Of a DNA stretch of 64,000 nt, positions 9,665 through 21,896 are shown in pieces. A model generated the notes under the pieces. The model did not search any database and had not been told where the DNA came from. It was given only the letters and a program-made list of their open reading frames with translations. Source of the DNA: an uncultured Anaerolineaceae bacterium (GTDB lineage Bacteria; Chloroflexota; Anaerolineae; Anaerolineales; E44-bin32); NCBI GenBank assembly GCA_964492745.1, contig CAZBLT010000001.1, positions 3,325-67,324 of the forward strand. Reading direction: 5' to 3'. Position numbers and translations under genes: made by a program. Position 1 is the stretch's first letter. Every line of letters starts with the position of its first letter.

Positions 9665-10078
9665 ATGGCAACCACGTTCCCGACGCCGGAGTGGGTTGAT
9701 GCCCTGGCGGCCAAACTCAACAGCGATGAGCGCTATGCGCAAGTGGCTAAGAACTGGGAGGGGGATATGATCGTCGAGATTGAGGATGATATTGTGGATC
9801 ACCCAGCCAGTCTCCCCTCACGGATTTATCTCGATCTCTGGCATGGCTGCTGTCGGCAGGCCCGCATCCTGTCCGGGGATGAGAAGCCGCCGGAGGCTGC
9901 CTTTATCCTACATGCTTCGCTATCGAACATCCTGAAGATCTTCCAAGGAGAACTCGATCCGATGCAAGCGATGCTCACGCGCCGCCTGCGCGTGGAGGGA
10001 AATCTCGCCTATATGCTGCGGAACGTGCCCACGGTGCTTGAGTTCGTCCGTTGCTGCCGGGAGATCCCCCTTTCATAA
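9665..10078 (+). CDS. SCP2 (sterol-carrier-protein-2-like) lipid-binding domain protein
   Basis: ATG 9665 sits 5 nt after AAGGAG. FPTPEWVDALAAKLNSDERY ... GELDPMQAMLTRRLRVEGNLAYMLR matches the SCP2 fold pattern. Confidence 0.7.
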   Translation: MATTFPTPEWVDALAAKLNSDERYAQVAKNWEGDMIVEIEDDIVDHPASLPSRIYLDLWHGCCRQARILSGDEKPPEAAFILHASLSNILKIFQGELDPMQAMLTRRLRVEGNLAYMLRNVPTVLEFVRCCREIPLS

Positions 10079-10130
10079 TTCGGCGCCCGCTGAGGATATC
10101 CGAGGCCAACGAGGCTGAGAGGAGCTTGCA

Positions 10131-10418
10131 ATGGCTAGCTATCTGGTCATCCATGAAGTCCGCGAATATCCCAAGACGCAGGAGGAATGGTTGGGGCTTT
10201 GGGAGAGCATTTGGAGGAAGACAAGCGGCGCGACCCATTGGCGGGGAACCTTTTACTCTCCCGAAGAAGACCGGCTCTATTGCCTCTGGGACGCAGATCA
10301 GGTTGAAGATATCGTGTCTTGTTTTGAGCGTACCGAGCTAGATCGACTTGCGCCCATCGAGCAGATACTGGTTGGGGTCTACTTCGACGTGACCGTCTTT
10401 GGCGAGCAAGCCGTCTAG
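10131..10418 (+). CDS. small hypothetical protein (DUF4242/DUF3303-like by eye)
   Basis: 95 aa with GAGAGGA RBS. RLYCLWDADQVEDIVSCF resembles the conserved core of those small alpha+beta families. Weak assignment. Confidence 0.5.
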   Translation: MASYLVIHEVREYPKTQEEWLGLWESIWRKTSGATHWRGTFYSPEEDRLYCLWDADQVEDIVSCFERTELDRLAPIEQILVGVYFDVTVFGEQAV

Positions 10419-10459
10419 GAAGATGGACATGACCGTGATTGCCAACGGAAGGTCATGAC

Positions 10460-12088
10460 ATGACCATCCCAGGAGATTCTGCAAACTACGATTTCGTCAT
10501 CATCGGCTCGGGCTTCGGTGGCAGCGTCTCCGCGATGCGGCTGTCTGAGAAAGGCTATCGAGTGGCAGTGCTCGAGCGGGGCCGCCGCTACCGCGATGAG
10601 GATTTCCCCCGCAGCAATTGGGAGCTGTGGAACTACCTTTGGCTACCTGCCCTGCGGTGCTTTGGCTTTCTCCAATTGACGTTCTTCCGGGATGTGCTGG
10701 CGCTCCATTGGAGTGGCGTGGGGGGCGGCAGCCTCGGTTACGCCAACGTCCTTGTCGAACCCGATGACAAGATGTTCCAGTCGCCTGCGTGGCGGGACCT
10801 CGCAGATTGGCGCAGCCTGCTGAAGCCACACCTGGAGCAGGCCAAGCGCATGCTCGGCCGCAGTCGCAATCCGCATCTGACCCCGGCCGATGAGCTCATA
10901 CGGAGAGTTGCCGGGGAGATGGGCCGGGGAGATACCTTCGCACCTGTGGATGTCGGAGTGTACTTCGGTGACCCGGGAGTTGAGCATCCCGACCCGTATT
11001 TCGGTGGGAATGGGCCGGTCCGTTCGGGGTGCACGCTTTGTGGCGGCTGCATGATCGGCTGCCGCTTCAACGCCAAGAACACCCTGCCGAAGAATTACCT
11101 GCACTTCGCCGAGAAGTGGGGCGCGGAGATTTGGCCGGAATTGGAAGTGACAGGCATCTGGCCGCTCGCAGAGCCGACCAGCGGGGGCATGCGTTATCGC
11201 ATCGAATACCGCAGGGCCACCAGCGCTCTTGGCAGGCCGAGGGGGATGGTCCTGGCTCGAAATATAGTGGTGGCAGCAGGCGTGGTGGGGACCTTGAAGC
11301 TTCTGTTTCAGTGCCGGGACCGGCTGAAATCGCTCCCGAATCTCTCGGCGCGCTTGGGAGAAAACGTCCGCACGAACAGCGAGGCGCTGCTGGGCGTGAC
11401 GGATCCCGACCCGGATTGCGATCACACGGAGGGACTGGCAATCGGATCGGTCTTCCAGGCGGATGAGGTCACGCATATAGAACCCTTCCGCTTTCCTAGG
11501 GGATCATCCTTTATGTATCGTTTGCTGGGAGCGCCTCTCTTCGAGGCCGGGGAGACGGGGGTGGGGAGGCGGGCGCTGCGGCTTCTTGCCGAAATACTGC
11601 GGCATCCGATTGCTACGTTGGAAGCGAAACTAAGCCCTGGCTGGGGGCACCGGACATTCGGGCTGCTCGTCATGCAGACCGAGGACAACATCCTGCGCGT
11701 TGGACTCGGCCGCGGCCCAGAAACCCTGTTCCGCCTGGGGCTGAGGTCAAGCCGGGAAGTGGAGAGGCCTGTTCCAGGAGAGATCCCGATCGGTCACGAA
11801 GTCGCCCGAGCCATGGCAGGAAAACTGGGTGGCTTGCCTGTGGGGAATATCGTCGAAGGCCTGTTGAATGCGCCCATCACGGCTCATATTCTCGGAGGCA
11901 GCCCTATGGGGCGTCATGCCGGCGAAGGCGTAGTCGATCTGCGCTTCGAAGTCCATGGCTATCCAGGACTCTACATCGTTGATGGCAGCATCATCCCCGC
12001 GAACCCGGGCTTGAATCCCAGCCTCACGCTCACTGCGTTGGCGGAATATGCCATGAGCCTGATCCCGCCGAAGAATAAGGCTTCTTGA
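10460..12088 (+). CDS. GMC-family FAD oxidoreductase (cholesterol/alcohol oxidase-like)
   Basis: DFVIIGSGFGGSVSAMRLSEKGYRVAVLERG FAD fold. C-terminal GLYIVDGSIIPANPGLNPSLT. ATG 10460 follows GGAAGG. Confidence 0.85.
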   Translation: MTIPGDSANYDFVIIGSGFGGSVSAMRLSEKGYRVAVLERGRRYRDEDFPRSNWELWNYLWLPALRCFGFLQLTFFRDVLALHWSGVGGGSLGYANVLVEPDDKMFQSPAWRDLADWRSLLKPHLEQAKRMLGRSRNPHLTPADELIRRVAGEMGRGDTFAPVDVGVYFGDPGVEHPDPYFGGNGPVRSGCTLCGGCMIGCRFNAKNTLPKNYLHFAEKWGAEIWPELEVTGIWPLAEPTSGGMRYRIEYRRATSALGRPRGMVLARNIVVAAGVVGTLKLLFQCRDRLKSLPNLSARLGENVRTNSEALLGVTDPDPDCDHTEGLAIGSVFQADEVTHIEPFRFPRGSSFMYRLLGAPLFEAGETGVGRRALRLLAEILRHPIATLEAKLSPGWGHRTFGLLVMQTEDNILRVGLGRGPETLFRLGLRSSREVERPVPGEIPIGHEVARAMAGKLGGLPVGNIVEGLLNAPITAHILGGSPMGRHAGEGVVDLRFEVHGYPGLYIVDGSIIPANPGLNPSLTLTALAEYAMSLIPPKNKAS

Positions 12089-12121
12089 GGATTCGGCTCA
12101 CGAATGGACGCGGAGACAAAA

Positions 12122-13948
12122 ATGGGGCAACCATTCTACCGATTGCTTGAAGTGGACCTGAGCACGGGTGAGCGAATTCGCCGTGTGATCCCCGAGGAGA
12201 CGAGACGGGCATTCCTGGGCGGGGCTGGCCTGGCGGCCGCTCTGCTGGCTGGAGACCTCAAGCCCGATCTGGATCCGTTCAGTCCTGAGGCCCCGTTGCT
12301 CTTTGCCACGGGCCCGCTGACGGGGACGGCGGGTCCCGCTGTCGGCCGCTATGTTGTCTGCGGGAAATCTCCTGCGACCGGCTACTGGGCGGAATCGAAC
12401 GCTGGCGGGTCCTTCGGGGTTGCATTGCGCCTCGCGGGGGTCGATGCGCTCCTGCTGCGAGGCGTGGCTTCCGCTCCTAGCTATCTGTGGATTTGTGACG
12501 GCGATCTCGAACTGCGCGACGCACGACATCTTTGGGGGATCATGGACACGTATGAAACCCAGGCTGCCATTCGAAATGAGCTGGGGCCGGAGGCAGGACA
12601 TATTGTTTGCATCGGATTGGCAGGCGAGCGGCGGCTGCCATTCGGTCTGATCCTGGGGGATCATGGCAGGGTGGCAGGCCGTGCCGGTATGGGCGCGCTG
12701 ATGGGCTCGAAGAACCTCAAAGCGATCGCAGCGAGCGGAAAGCAGCGGATACCTATCGCAGACCATGATGCCTATGCCAAACTGCGGAGCAGGATCAACC
12801 ATGAGCTCCGCAGCGATCTCATGAGCCAGGGATTGCGAGATTTTGGAACGGGAAGCGGATCGGATGTGTTCGATTATTTCGGGGTGATGCCCAAGCGATA
12901 TTTCCGCGCGGGGACAGTGGCGGGTGTTGAGGCGATCTCGGGTCCAACCATGGCCGAGACCATCCTCGCCGGCGTTAGCGCTTGTCATGGATGCGTGATT
13001 GCCTGTGGCCGGAAAGTCAAGCTCGAGGATGGCGAGGAGCGTAAGGGGCCTGAATACGAGTCCATTGTGGGTTTCGGGCCCAACCTGGGCATCACCGATC
13101 TGGCGGCCATCACGCGACTGGCGGAGCTCTGCGATCGATATGGCATGGATACGATCTCGGTCTCCAACACCTTGGGGCTGGCCATGGCCCTGGTGGAGGA
13201 TGGCGTGCTGGATGGGGATGATTGGCGTGCGCTGGACCTTCACTGGGGCGATGCCCAAGCTGTAGAGAAGCTGATCCACTCGCTGGCGCATGGCCAAGGG
13301 TTGGGCGCATGGCTGGAGAATGGCGCCCGGGCGCTGGCCGAGAAGGCAGGGGCTCCAGAGACTGCGGTCGAGGTGAAGGGGCTCGAGTTGGCCTATCACG
13401 ACCCGCGAGGCAGCGCGGGCATGGCCCTGGTGTATGCAACCTCGCCCCGCGGGGCCTGCCACAATCAGGGTCCCTATTACCTGGTCGAACTTGGGCAAAC
13501 ACGAGAAGAAGTTGGGGTGGGCTTATCGGACCGGCGCGGGGGGGCAGAGATCGCAGCGAATGTGGCCAGGCAGCAAGATTGGGTGAGCTTGCTGAACAAC
13601 CTGGTAATGTGCATCTTCGCCAACGTTCCCGCGGAGGATATCCGGAAACTGGTTAACAGCGCCACCGGTTTTGACTATACACTGGAGGCGTTGATTGAGA
13701 TCGGCGAGCGGTCCTGGCATCTCAAGCGTCTGATCAATGGCAAGCTGGGGGCTGTGCCCGGCGAGGATTCGTATCCCGCCCCGCTCACCCGACCGCTTGA
13801 AGATGGAGGGGCGGCTGGCTTCGTGCCGCCTTTCGATGAGATGCTCGAGGCGTATTATCATGTTCGTGGTTGGGAGGCAAGATCGGGCATGCCCACTGGC
13901 GACACGCTTCGAAGGTTGGGCCTTCAGAGCGAAAGCTGGACTCCATGA
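12122..13948 (+). CDS. aldehyde:ferredoxin oxidoreductase family (tungsto/molybdopterin)
   Basis: N-terminus MGQPFYRLLEVDLSTGE typical of AOR. C-x2-C-x3-C cluster ACHGCVIAC. LELAYHDPRG. ATG 12122 (GGAGA RBS) preferred over 12104. Confidence 0.85.
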   Translation: MGQPFYRLLEVDLSTGERIRRVIPEETRRAFLGGAGLAAALLAGDLKPDLDPFSPEAPLLFATGPLTGTAGPAVGRYVVCGKSPATGYWAESNAGGSFGVALRLAGVDALLLRGVASAPSYLWICDGDLELRDARHLWGIMDTYETQAAIRNELGPEAGHIVCIGLAGERRLPFGLILGDHGRVAGRAGMGALMGSKNLKAIAASGKQRIPIADHDAYAKLRSRINHELRSDLMSQGLRDFGTGSGSDVFDYFGVMPKRYFRAGTVAGVEAISGPTMAETILAGVSACHGCVIACGRKVKLEDGEERKGPEYESIVGFGPNLGITDLAAITRLAELCDRYGMDTISVSNTLGLAMALVEDGVLDGDDWRALDLHWGDAQAVEKLIHSLAHGQGLGAWLENGARALAEKAGAPETAVEVKGLELAYHDPRGSAGMALVYATSPRGACHNQGPYYLVELGQTREEVGVGLSDRRGGAEIAANVARQQDWVSLLNNLVMCIFANVPAEDIRKLVNSATGFDYTLEALIEIGERSWHLKRLINGKLGAVPGEDSYPAPLTRPLEDGGAAGFVPPFDEMLEAYYHVRGWEARSGMPTGDTLRRLGLQSESWTP

Positions 13949-13971
13949 TCCATATGTAGGAGGAGATACCG

Positions 13972-15594
13972 TTGGCGAAGATTGTGACTGTGGAACAAAT
14001 GCGAGCGATTGAGCGCGCTGCCGATGCGTCTGGCCTCAGCTACGACCAGATGATGGAAAACGCCGGCCAGGCTGTGGCGGATGCGATACTGCGCCGCTGG
14101 CCAGAGATAGCCGGTTGGCGGGCTGTCATTCTCGTTGGGCCAGGGAACAACGGCGGAGACGGATTGGTCGTGGGCCACCATCTAATGCAGGCCGCGGCGC
14201 AAGTTGTGATCTATCTGACAAGCGAGAGATCCGAGCAAGAGGATGCTAACCTGGCGCGGGTTATAGAAGGTGGGGCACTCGTGGTTCGGGCGGGGGAGGA
14301 CAATCGCTGGCGCGTGCTGCGAAAGAGCCTCGAATCGGCAGATTTGGTTGTGGATGCGCTATTGGGAACGGGCGCACGACCCCCATTGCGGGGGGTGATC
14401 AAGGAGGTGATAGACCTCACGAGAAAGACGATTGAGCAAAGGCAGACGCGACCGGTAATCGTAGCGGTTGATTGCCCCTCCGGCCTGGATTGCGACACGG
14501 GCGAGATCGATGATCCCTATCTGGAAGCCGACCTGACTGTGACGCTGGCTGCTGCCAAACCTGGGCTATTCCAGTTCCCGGCTGCAGAAGCCGTGGGCGC
14601 GCTGGAAGTCGGCGATATTGGTATTCCGGAGGACCTGGAACCCTATAGGGAGGTTTCGCTTGAACTGGCGACTCCCGAGGTGGTGAAAGCATGGCTCCCG
14701 CGCCGGCCCCGCAATGCCCACAAGGGAACCTTCGGCAGGATCGTGATCGTCGCCGGCTCCGCGAACTTCCCTGGAGCCGCTGGGCTGGCGGGGATGGGGG
14801 CCTATCGCGCCGGTGCCGGATTGGTCACGCTTGCGGTGCCGACACCAATCCAAAGCCAGCTCGTGGCGTTCTTGCCTGAAGCAACATGGTTGCTATTGCC
14901 GCATGAACTGGGCGTCTTCGAAGAGGCGGCCGCCGAGGTTCTGCGCAGGCAACTGGGCCATGCGAACGCAATGCTGCTGGGTCCAGGGTTCGGACTCGAA
15001 AAGCCCACCCGGGAATTCATGAAGGCCTTGCTCACCGGGGACGGCGGCGAAGGCCGGGGCCGACTCGGGTTTATTCATGAGGATGAGGGCGGCCCCGAGG
15101 TCCATTTGCCGCCTTGCGTTGTGGACGCAGATGGTTTGAAGCTCCTGGCAGATATCGAAGGCTGGGAGAGCCTGTTGCCTAGGCCGGCCGTGCTGACCCC
15201 ACACCCGGGCGAATTTGCCATCATGACGGGGCTTTCGATCCCAGAAATTCAGAGCGATCGCGTGGCAAAGGCTCGAGAATATGCCACCAAGTGGGGACAT
15301 GTAGTGGTTCTCAAAGGGGCGTTCAGCGTGGTTGCGGAGCCAGGAGGCAGGGCCGCGGTGGTGCCGTTTGCCACGCCGGCGCTTGCGCGAGCTGGCACGG
15401 GAGATGTCCTGGCTGGGGCGATCGCAGCCTTGCGGGGGCAGGGTCTAGGACCCTTCGAGGCTGCAGTCCTTGGAGCGTACCTGCATGGCCGGGCGGGCGA
15501 ATTGGCCGCGGACCTCCTGGGAACGGTGGCCAGCGTTCTGGCGGGAGACGTAGCGGATGCATTGGCGGAAGCCATCGCCGAATTGGAGATTTGA
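13972..15594 (+). CDS. nnr: bifunctional NAD(P)H-hydrate repair enzyme (epimerase/ADP-dependent dehydratase)
   Basis: TTG start 8 nt after AGGAGG. YjeF-N motif LVGPGNNGGDGLVV. C-terminal kinase-fold motifs VLKGAFSVV and GTGDVLAG. Confidence 0.9.
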   Translation: MAKIVTVEQMRAIERAADASGLSYDQMMENAGQAVADAILRRWPEIAGWRAVILVGPGNNGGDGLVVGHHLMQAAAQVVIYLTSERSEQEDANLARVIEGGALVVRAGEDNRWRVLRKSLESADLVVDALLGTGARPPLRGVIKEVIDLTRKTIEQRQTRPVIVAVDCPSGLDCDTGEIDDPYLEADLTVTLAAAKPGLFQFPAAEAVGALEVGDIGIPEDLEPYREVSLELATPEVVKAWLPRRPRNAHKGTFGRIVIVAGSANFPGAAGLAGMGAYRAGAGLVTLAVPTPIQSQLVAFLPEATWLLLPHELGVFEEAAAEVLRRQLGHANAMLLGPGFGLEKPTREFMKALLTGDGGEGRGRLGFIHEDEGGPEVHLPPCVVDADGLKLLADIEGWESLLPRPAVLTPHPGEFAIMTGLSIPEIQSDRVAKAREYATKWGHVVVLKGAFSVVAEPGGRAAVVPFATPALARAGTGDVLAGAIAALRGQGLGPFEAAVLGAYLHGRAGELAADLLGTVASVLAGDVADALAEAIAELEI

Positions 15595-15621
15595 GCTAGA
15601 AGTCAGGGTGCAGGAAATGAG

Positions 15622-15650
15622 AGCGGGCTGCCTACCTTCGGCAGCCCGCT
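15622..15650. terminator. bidirectional stem-loop between convergent genes
   Basis: AGCGGGCTGCC-TACCTTC-GGCAGCCCGCT, an 11-bp stem. Lies between the nnr stop and the ytxH-like stop. Confidence 0.6.
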
Positions 15651-15686
15651 GCTTTGGCGTTGTTATGAGTTGCATAGCTGCTGCGA

Positions 15687-16040
15687 CTAGGCCTCGGCGG
15701 CTCCGCCCTCAATTTCGTCACGTTTCCGCTTGGCGGCCTTCTTGCCGGTTTCGACGGCTTTCTCAATCTTGGATTTTTGCTCCTCAAGGATGACTTGGCC
15801 GCGCTTCTGAAGCTCCTCGGCGCGTTCTTTGGCCTCTTGGGCGAGAGCCTCGGCCTTGGCGCGTGTCTCCGACACGGATTGCTCGACCTGATCCTTGATT
15901 TCGATGCTCTTTTCGCGAATCATGCCCCGGGTCTCCTCGCCGGACTGAGGAGCCATGAGCAGCGCGACGGCTGCTCCCACAAATCCCCCGATGAAGAAGC
16001 CGGTTACGAATGCGCCAAACTCACCATTTTTCTCTGACAT
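15687..16040 (-). CDS. YtxH-domain protein (general-stress-type)
   Basis: 117 aa. FVTGFFIGGFVGAAVALLMAPQSGEETR, then a charged helical tail. Confidence 0.8.
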   Translation of the reverse strand: MSEKNGEFGAFVTGFFIGGFVGAAVALLMAPQSGEETRGMIREKSIEIKDQVEQSVSETRAKAEALAQEAKERAEELQKRGQVILEEQKSKIEKAVETGKKAAKRKRDEIEGGAAEA

Positions 16041-16063
16041 TGTTCCTCCTCCTTGGTTCCTGG

Positions 16064-16531
16064 TTATCGCTCGTCTGAGCGTCGGATTCGAATTAGGTCG
16101 ATGACCCTTCGTATCGCAGCGAAAGAGCTATTGACCTTCACAACCGGTTGCACAAGATGGTCGCTTAAGAAGCGGGTAGTGCCCTGCAAAGTTCCCACTG
16201 TGTCCTTGGTCGAATCGAGTATTGGCTTGATCTCGTTCCGCAGCAAGTCTGTAAGGCGCGCCACCTGGTAGATCAGCAAGATGAGCGCAAGACCGATGAT
16301 CAGAAACTCGACTGCCATAAAGATAATGACAATGTCGCGTATGATTTCCGTTTGCGCGGGATGACGGATCATGGCGACGACTGCGAAACCCACGCCAATG
16401 AACAGCAGCACCAGGGTGGCAACTCCGATTCCCACCCAGACGCGCATGCGTCGCTCAGCCTGCCGGCTCTCGAGGTCCGCGTGCTCGTCTTTCTCGCTGG
16501 AGGGAGTGGTTGCTGCTTCCATCATGGGCAT
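16064..16531 (-). CDS. DUF948 (YtxG-like) membrane protein
   Basis: ORF 16064..16849 trimmed to ATG 16531. TM helices, then LIYQVARLTDLLRNEIKPILDSTKDTVGTLQGTTRFLSDHL typical of DUF948. Adjacent to ytxH as in Bacillus ytxGH. Confidence 0.65.
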   Translation of the reverse strand: MPMMEAATTPSSEKDEHADLESRQAERRMRVWVGIGVATLVLLFIGVGFAVVAMIRHPAQTEIIRDIVIIFMAVEFLIIGLALILLIYQVARLTDLLRNEIKPILDSTKDTVGTLQGTTRFLSDHLVQPVVKVNSSFAAIRRVIDLIRIRRSDER

Positions 16532-16557
16532 ACCATTATAGCATAGGGGGCGATGGA

Positions 16558-16827
16558 TTAGCCTTCGCGTAGTACAGGGCGCAGAAGCACGCCGGAAATC
16601 AGTAGGCCAAGAACGGCTCCCAGGAGCGCGGGGAAGAAATTCAGCGAGCCAAGACGCCAGAAATGCCAGCCAGCGAGCTCCCCGAAGAAGTGACCGGCGA
16701 GGAATGAAACCCAGGTCGAGAGCGCCAGCGCAGCCCAATTTCGCATAGTCCCTCCGCGAATCAGGATCGCCAAAGATGTCAGGGCGAGGGCGGCAAGAAC
16801 GCTCAAAGCCAATCCGTGGATGGTCAT
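16558..16827 (-). CDS. small hypothetical membrane protein (about 3 TM)
   Basis: Start trimmed to ATG 16827..16825, which overlaps the mnmA stop as ATGA. 89 aa, hydrophobic throughout. Confidence 0.5.
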   Translation of the reverse strand: MTIHGLALSVLAALALTSLAILIRGGTMRNWAALALSTWVSFLAGHFFGELAGWHFWRLGSLNFFPALLGAVLGLLISGVLLRPVLREG

Positions 16828-17884
16828 GGTAGGATAGTGCCTCCGCCAAGGCATATTTCGTTTTGATAAAAGACGGCTCGCTGTCCCGGGGTGATATCTG
16901 GGAGGGCTTGATCCAGCAGGACTTCGACCTGGTCGCCGTTCAAGGGTATAAGCCTGGCACCGACCTCGCTGGCCTTATAGCGCACTCTGACGAGCAGAGG
17001 GTCGCCAGGATCGGGGGGCTCGCCGGCAATCCAGTGGGTATCGCCAATCTGGAATTGCTTGCGGCCCAATTGACTGCGAGCTCCCACGAGCAGCGTATTC
17101 CTGGGAAGATCCTTCTCGATGACATAGAGCGGTTCTGCGTGTGCGATTCCCAGGCCCCGACGCTGGCCGATAGTGTAGGCTGCCAGCCCATGATGAGTGC
17201 CCAAGACTTCGCCCGCTAGATTTTCAATCGGCCCGGGCTCAAGGGAGTGGGGCCTTTGGATGCGCAAGAAATCACGGTAATCCATGCCGCCCAGAAAGCA
17301 GAGGTCCTGGCTTTCCTCGCGTTGGGCGGAGGGAAAGCCTCTTGATCGAGCGTAACGCCGCACATCCTGCTTGGTCCAGTCGCCAAGCGGCAAGATTGTG
17401 CAGGATAGCTGCTGCTGTGTTAGCACGCTCAAGACGTAGGACTGGTCCTTACTGCGATCGCATGCCCGTAGCAGCTGTCGCCGGTCTGCGTGCGATTGCA
17501 GCCGCGCGTAATGGCCTGTGGCAAGATGAGTGGCGCCGATGGCTTGGGCTTGCTCAAGCAAGAAGCCCCAGCGCACAAAGCGATTGCACTGCAGACAGGG
17601 GTTCGGTGTTATGCCATGCGCATAGCCATTGACGAAGCTATCCACAACGTACTGCTTGAACACCTCACGTGCGTCCAGAACATGAAAGGGAATGCCAAGC
17701 TGCGCGGCCACGGCGCGTGCATTTGCGACATCCCGAGGAGTGCAGCAACGATTTTCGGTTTCGGGGCCTGCACTCCAAAGGCGGAGCATGATGCCGATGA
17801 TTTGCTCGCCATGCTCTTGGAGCAGGGCGGCGGCCACGGAGCTATCCACGCCGCCGCTCATACCTACGGCGATGACTCGATTGC

Positions 17885-17888
<4 letters not shown>
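16824..17888 (-). CDS. mnmA: tRNA 2-thiouridine(34) synthase MnmA
   Basis: PP-loop VGMSGGVDSSVAA. Conserved NPCLQCNRFVRWG. 354 aa. Confidence 0.95.
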
Positions 17889-20477
<2,589 letters not shown>

Positions 20478-20503
20478 CAGCGACGAGACCAACGAGGCAT
20501 GGC

Positions 20504-20531
20504 AAACGCCGGCGAGCTTTCGCCGGCGTTT
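20504..20531. terminator. bidirectional stem-loop between convergent genes
   Basis: AAACGCCGGCGA-GCTT-TCGCCGGCGTTT, a 12-bp stem with A/T flanks. Lies between the eno stop and the zinc-ribbon gene stop. Confidence 0.75.
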
Positions 20532-20556
20532 CGCGTCGCTTGCATGCCGAAGGAAG

Positions 20557-21036
20557 TCAGTCAGTATGAAGGGCAAAGGGCTCTTGCTCGGCAGGAGCGG
20601 GTGCGCCCGGGGCAGGGGTGCCACAGTAGGGGCAAATCTGCCAGGGAAGCTCGAGCAGGCGCTGGCACTTATGGCATGTCTTGCGCAAGCGCGTATGGCA
20701 GTGGGCGCAGACCTGCCAATCCGGGTCCGCGGCCGCGCCACAGCCAGGGCAGACGAGGCTTTGCTCAATCTGGGAGAGCAAGGCCTCTTCCTCCAGCGTG
20801 CGCTGGTAGGCCTCGTCCAGAGTCTCTCTCGGCCGGAGAATGACGTACAGCACGAGACCTGGCAGGGTGAGAAGGCCCACGAGCAAGACCGATAGGATAT
20901 GCACAAAGCGGTCGTGCGAGCGAGAGCGGATGTCCCGCAGGGTCCAGAAGATCAAAGAGAGCCATAGGGCGGCCAGGAAGGCGCCAAAGAATGCGCTGAG
21001 ATTGGTGAAGAGCCTGCCAAGTGCGGTGATGTCCAT
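20557..21036 (-). CDS. membrane protein with PLD-N-like TM hairpin and C-terminal double zinc ribbon
   Basis: Start trimmed to ATG 21036 (AGAGG RBS). Two TM segments. CPGCG...CAHC and CHKC...CPYCG. Confidence 0.65.
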   Translation of the reverse strand: MDITALGRLFTNLSAFFGAFLAALWLSLIFWTLRDIRSRSHDRFVHILSVLLVGLLTLPGLVLYVILRPRETLDEAYQRTLEEEALLSQIEQSLVCPGCGAAADPDWQVCAHCHTRLRKTCHKCQRLLELPWQICPYCGTPAPGAPAPAEQEPFALHTD

Positions 21037-21107
21037 TGAAACCTCTTTGGAAAACGAGCGCATTATAGCATGGCGTGCCCGAAACATGATGCAACTTTCG
21101 GGCCGCT

Positions 21108-21136
21108 TTGACTCTGCCTGATGGCTGTACTATAGT
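21108..21136 (+). promoter_or_regulatory. sigma70-like promoter upstream of radC
   Basis: TTGACT (21108-21113), 17-nt spacer, TATAGT (21131-21136). Confidence 0.55.
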
Positions 21137-21176
21137 GCAGACATAAAGGGGATAGCCAAGCTAGGGGAGCTATGGG

Positions 21177-21881
21177 ATGGGGGAGAGCGAACATCGTCTC
21201 TATCGAATTAAAGACCTCGAACAGGGCGAACGCCCCCGCGAGCGTCTGGCGATGCTGGGGCCGGAGGCGCTCAGCGATAGCGAATTGCTCGCCATCCTGC
21301 TGCGCACAGGGCTCCGCGGGATGAATGCTGTGCAACTGGCCCGAAACTTGCTCCTTGACTCAGGGGGATTGACGGGCTTACACAGCAAGAGCTTCGGCGA
21401 GCTCTGCCAGATGCGCGGAATTGGCGCGGCCAAGGCCGCCCAGCTTAAGGCGGCCATCGAGCTCGGGCGCAGGCTTGCGACCGTACGCCCGGAGGAAAGG
21501 CCTAAGATCCAGTCCCCCGAAGACGCAGCAGCCCAGGTGCTATACGAGATGGGCGCATTGGAGGAAGAGCGGTTGCGCGTGCTGCTTCTCAACACACGTA
21601 ACGAGCTGATGCGGATCGCGGAGGTCTACCGCGGATCGCTCAACTCATCGCTCATCCGGGTTGGGGAGCTCTTTCGGGAGGCAATCCGGGAGAACGCCGC
21701 CGCTATCATCGTGGTGCACAACCATCCAAGCGGCGATCCCACGCCCAGCCCGGAGGATGTCGCGGTCACACGCGCCATCGTGGAAGCAGGGAAAACCATG
21801 GACATTGAGGTTCTCGATCATCTTGTGATTGGTAAGAACCGCTTTGTCTCCCTAAAGGCGCGCGGTCTGGGGTTCGCCTGA
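21177..21881 (+). CDS. radC: RadC-family JAB/MPN-domain protein
   Basis: [28 protein letters not shown] helix-hairpin-helix N-terminus. JAMM motif [14 protein letters not shown]. Confidence 0.9.
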   Translation: MGESEHRLYRIKDLEQGERPRERLAMLGPEALSDSELLAILLRTGLRGMNAVQLARNLLLDSGGLTGLHSKSFGELCQMRGIGAAKAAQLKAAIELGRRLATVRPEERPKIQSPEDAAAQVLYEMGALEEERLRVLLLNTRNELMRIAEVYRGSLNSSLIRVGELFREAIRENAAAIIVVHNHPSGDPTPSPEDVAVTRAIVEAGKTMDIEVLDHLVIGKNRFVSLKARGLGFA

Positions 21882-21896
21882 CATTCGAGGGACGCG

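Noticed and set aside
12098-13498. 466-aa ORF antisense to the AOR gene.
   Set aside because: It lies entirely inside a confidently recognised + strand gene. Its translation is Arg/Pro/Gly-rich with no motifs. This is the typical long shadow ORF of high-GC DNA.
16075-16100. GGATTCGAAT, a T-loop-like sequence that could hint at a tRNA.
   Set aside because: No cloverleaf can be folded around it, and it lies inside the DUF948 coding sequence.
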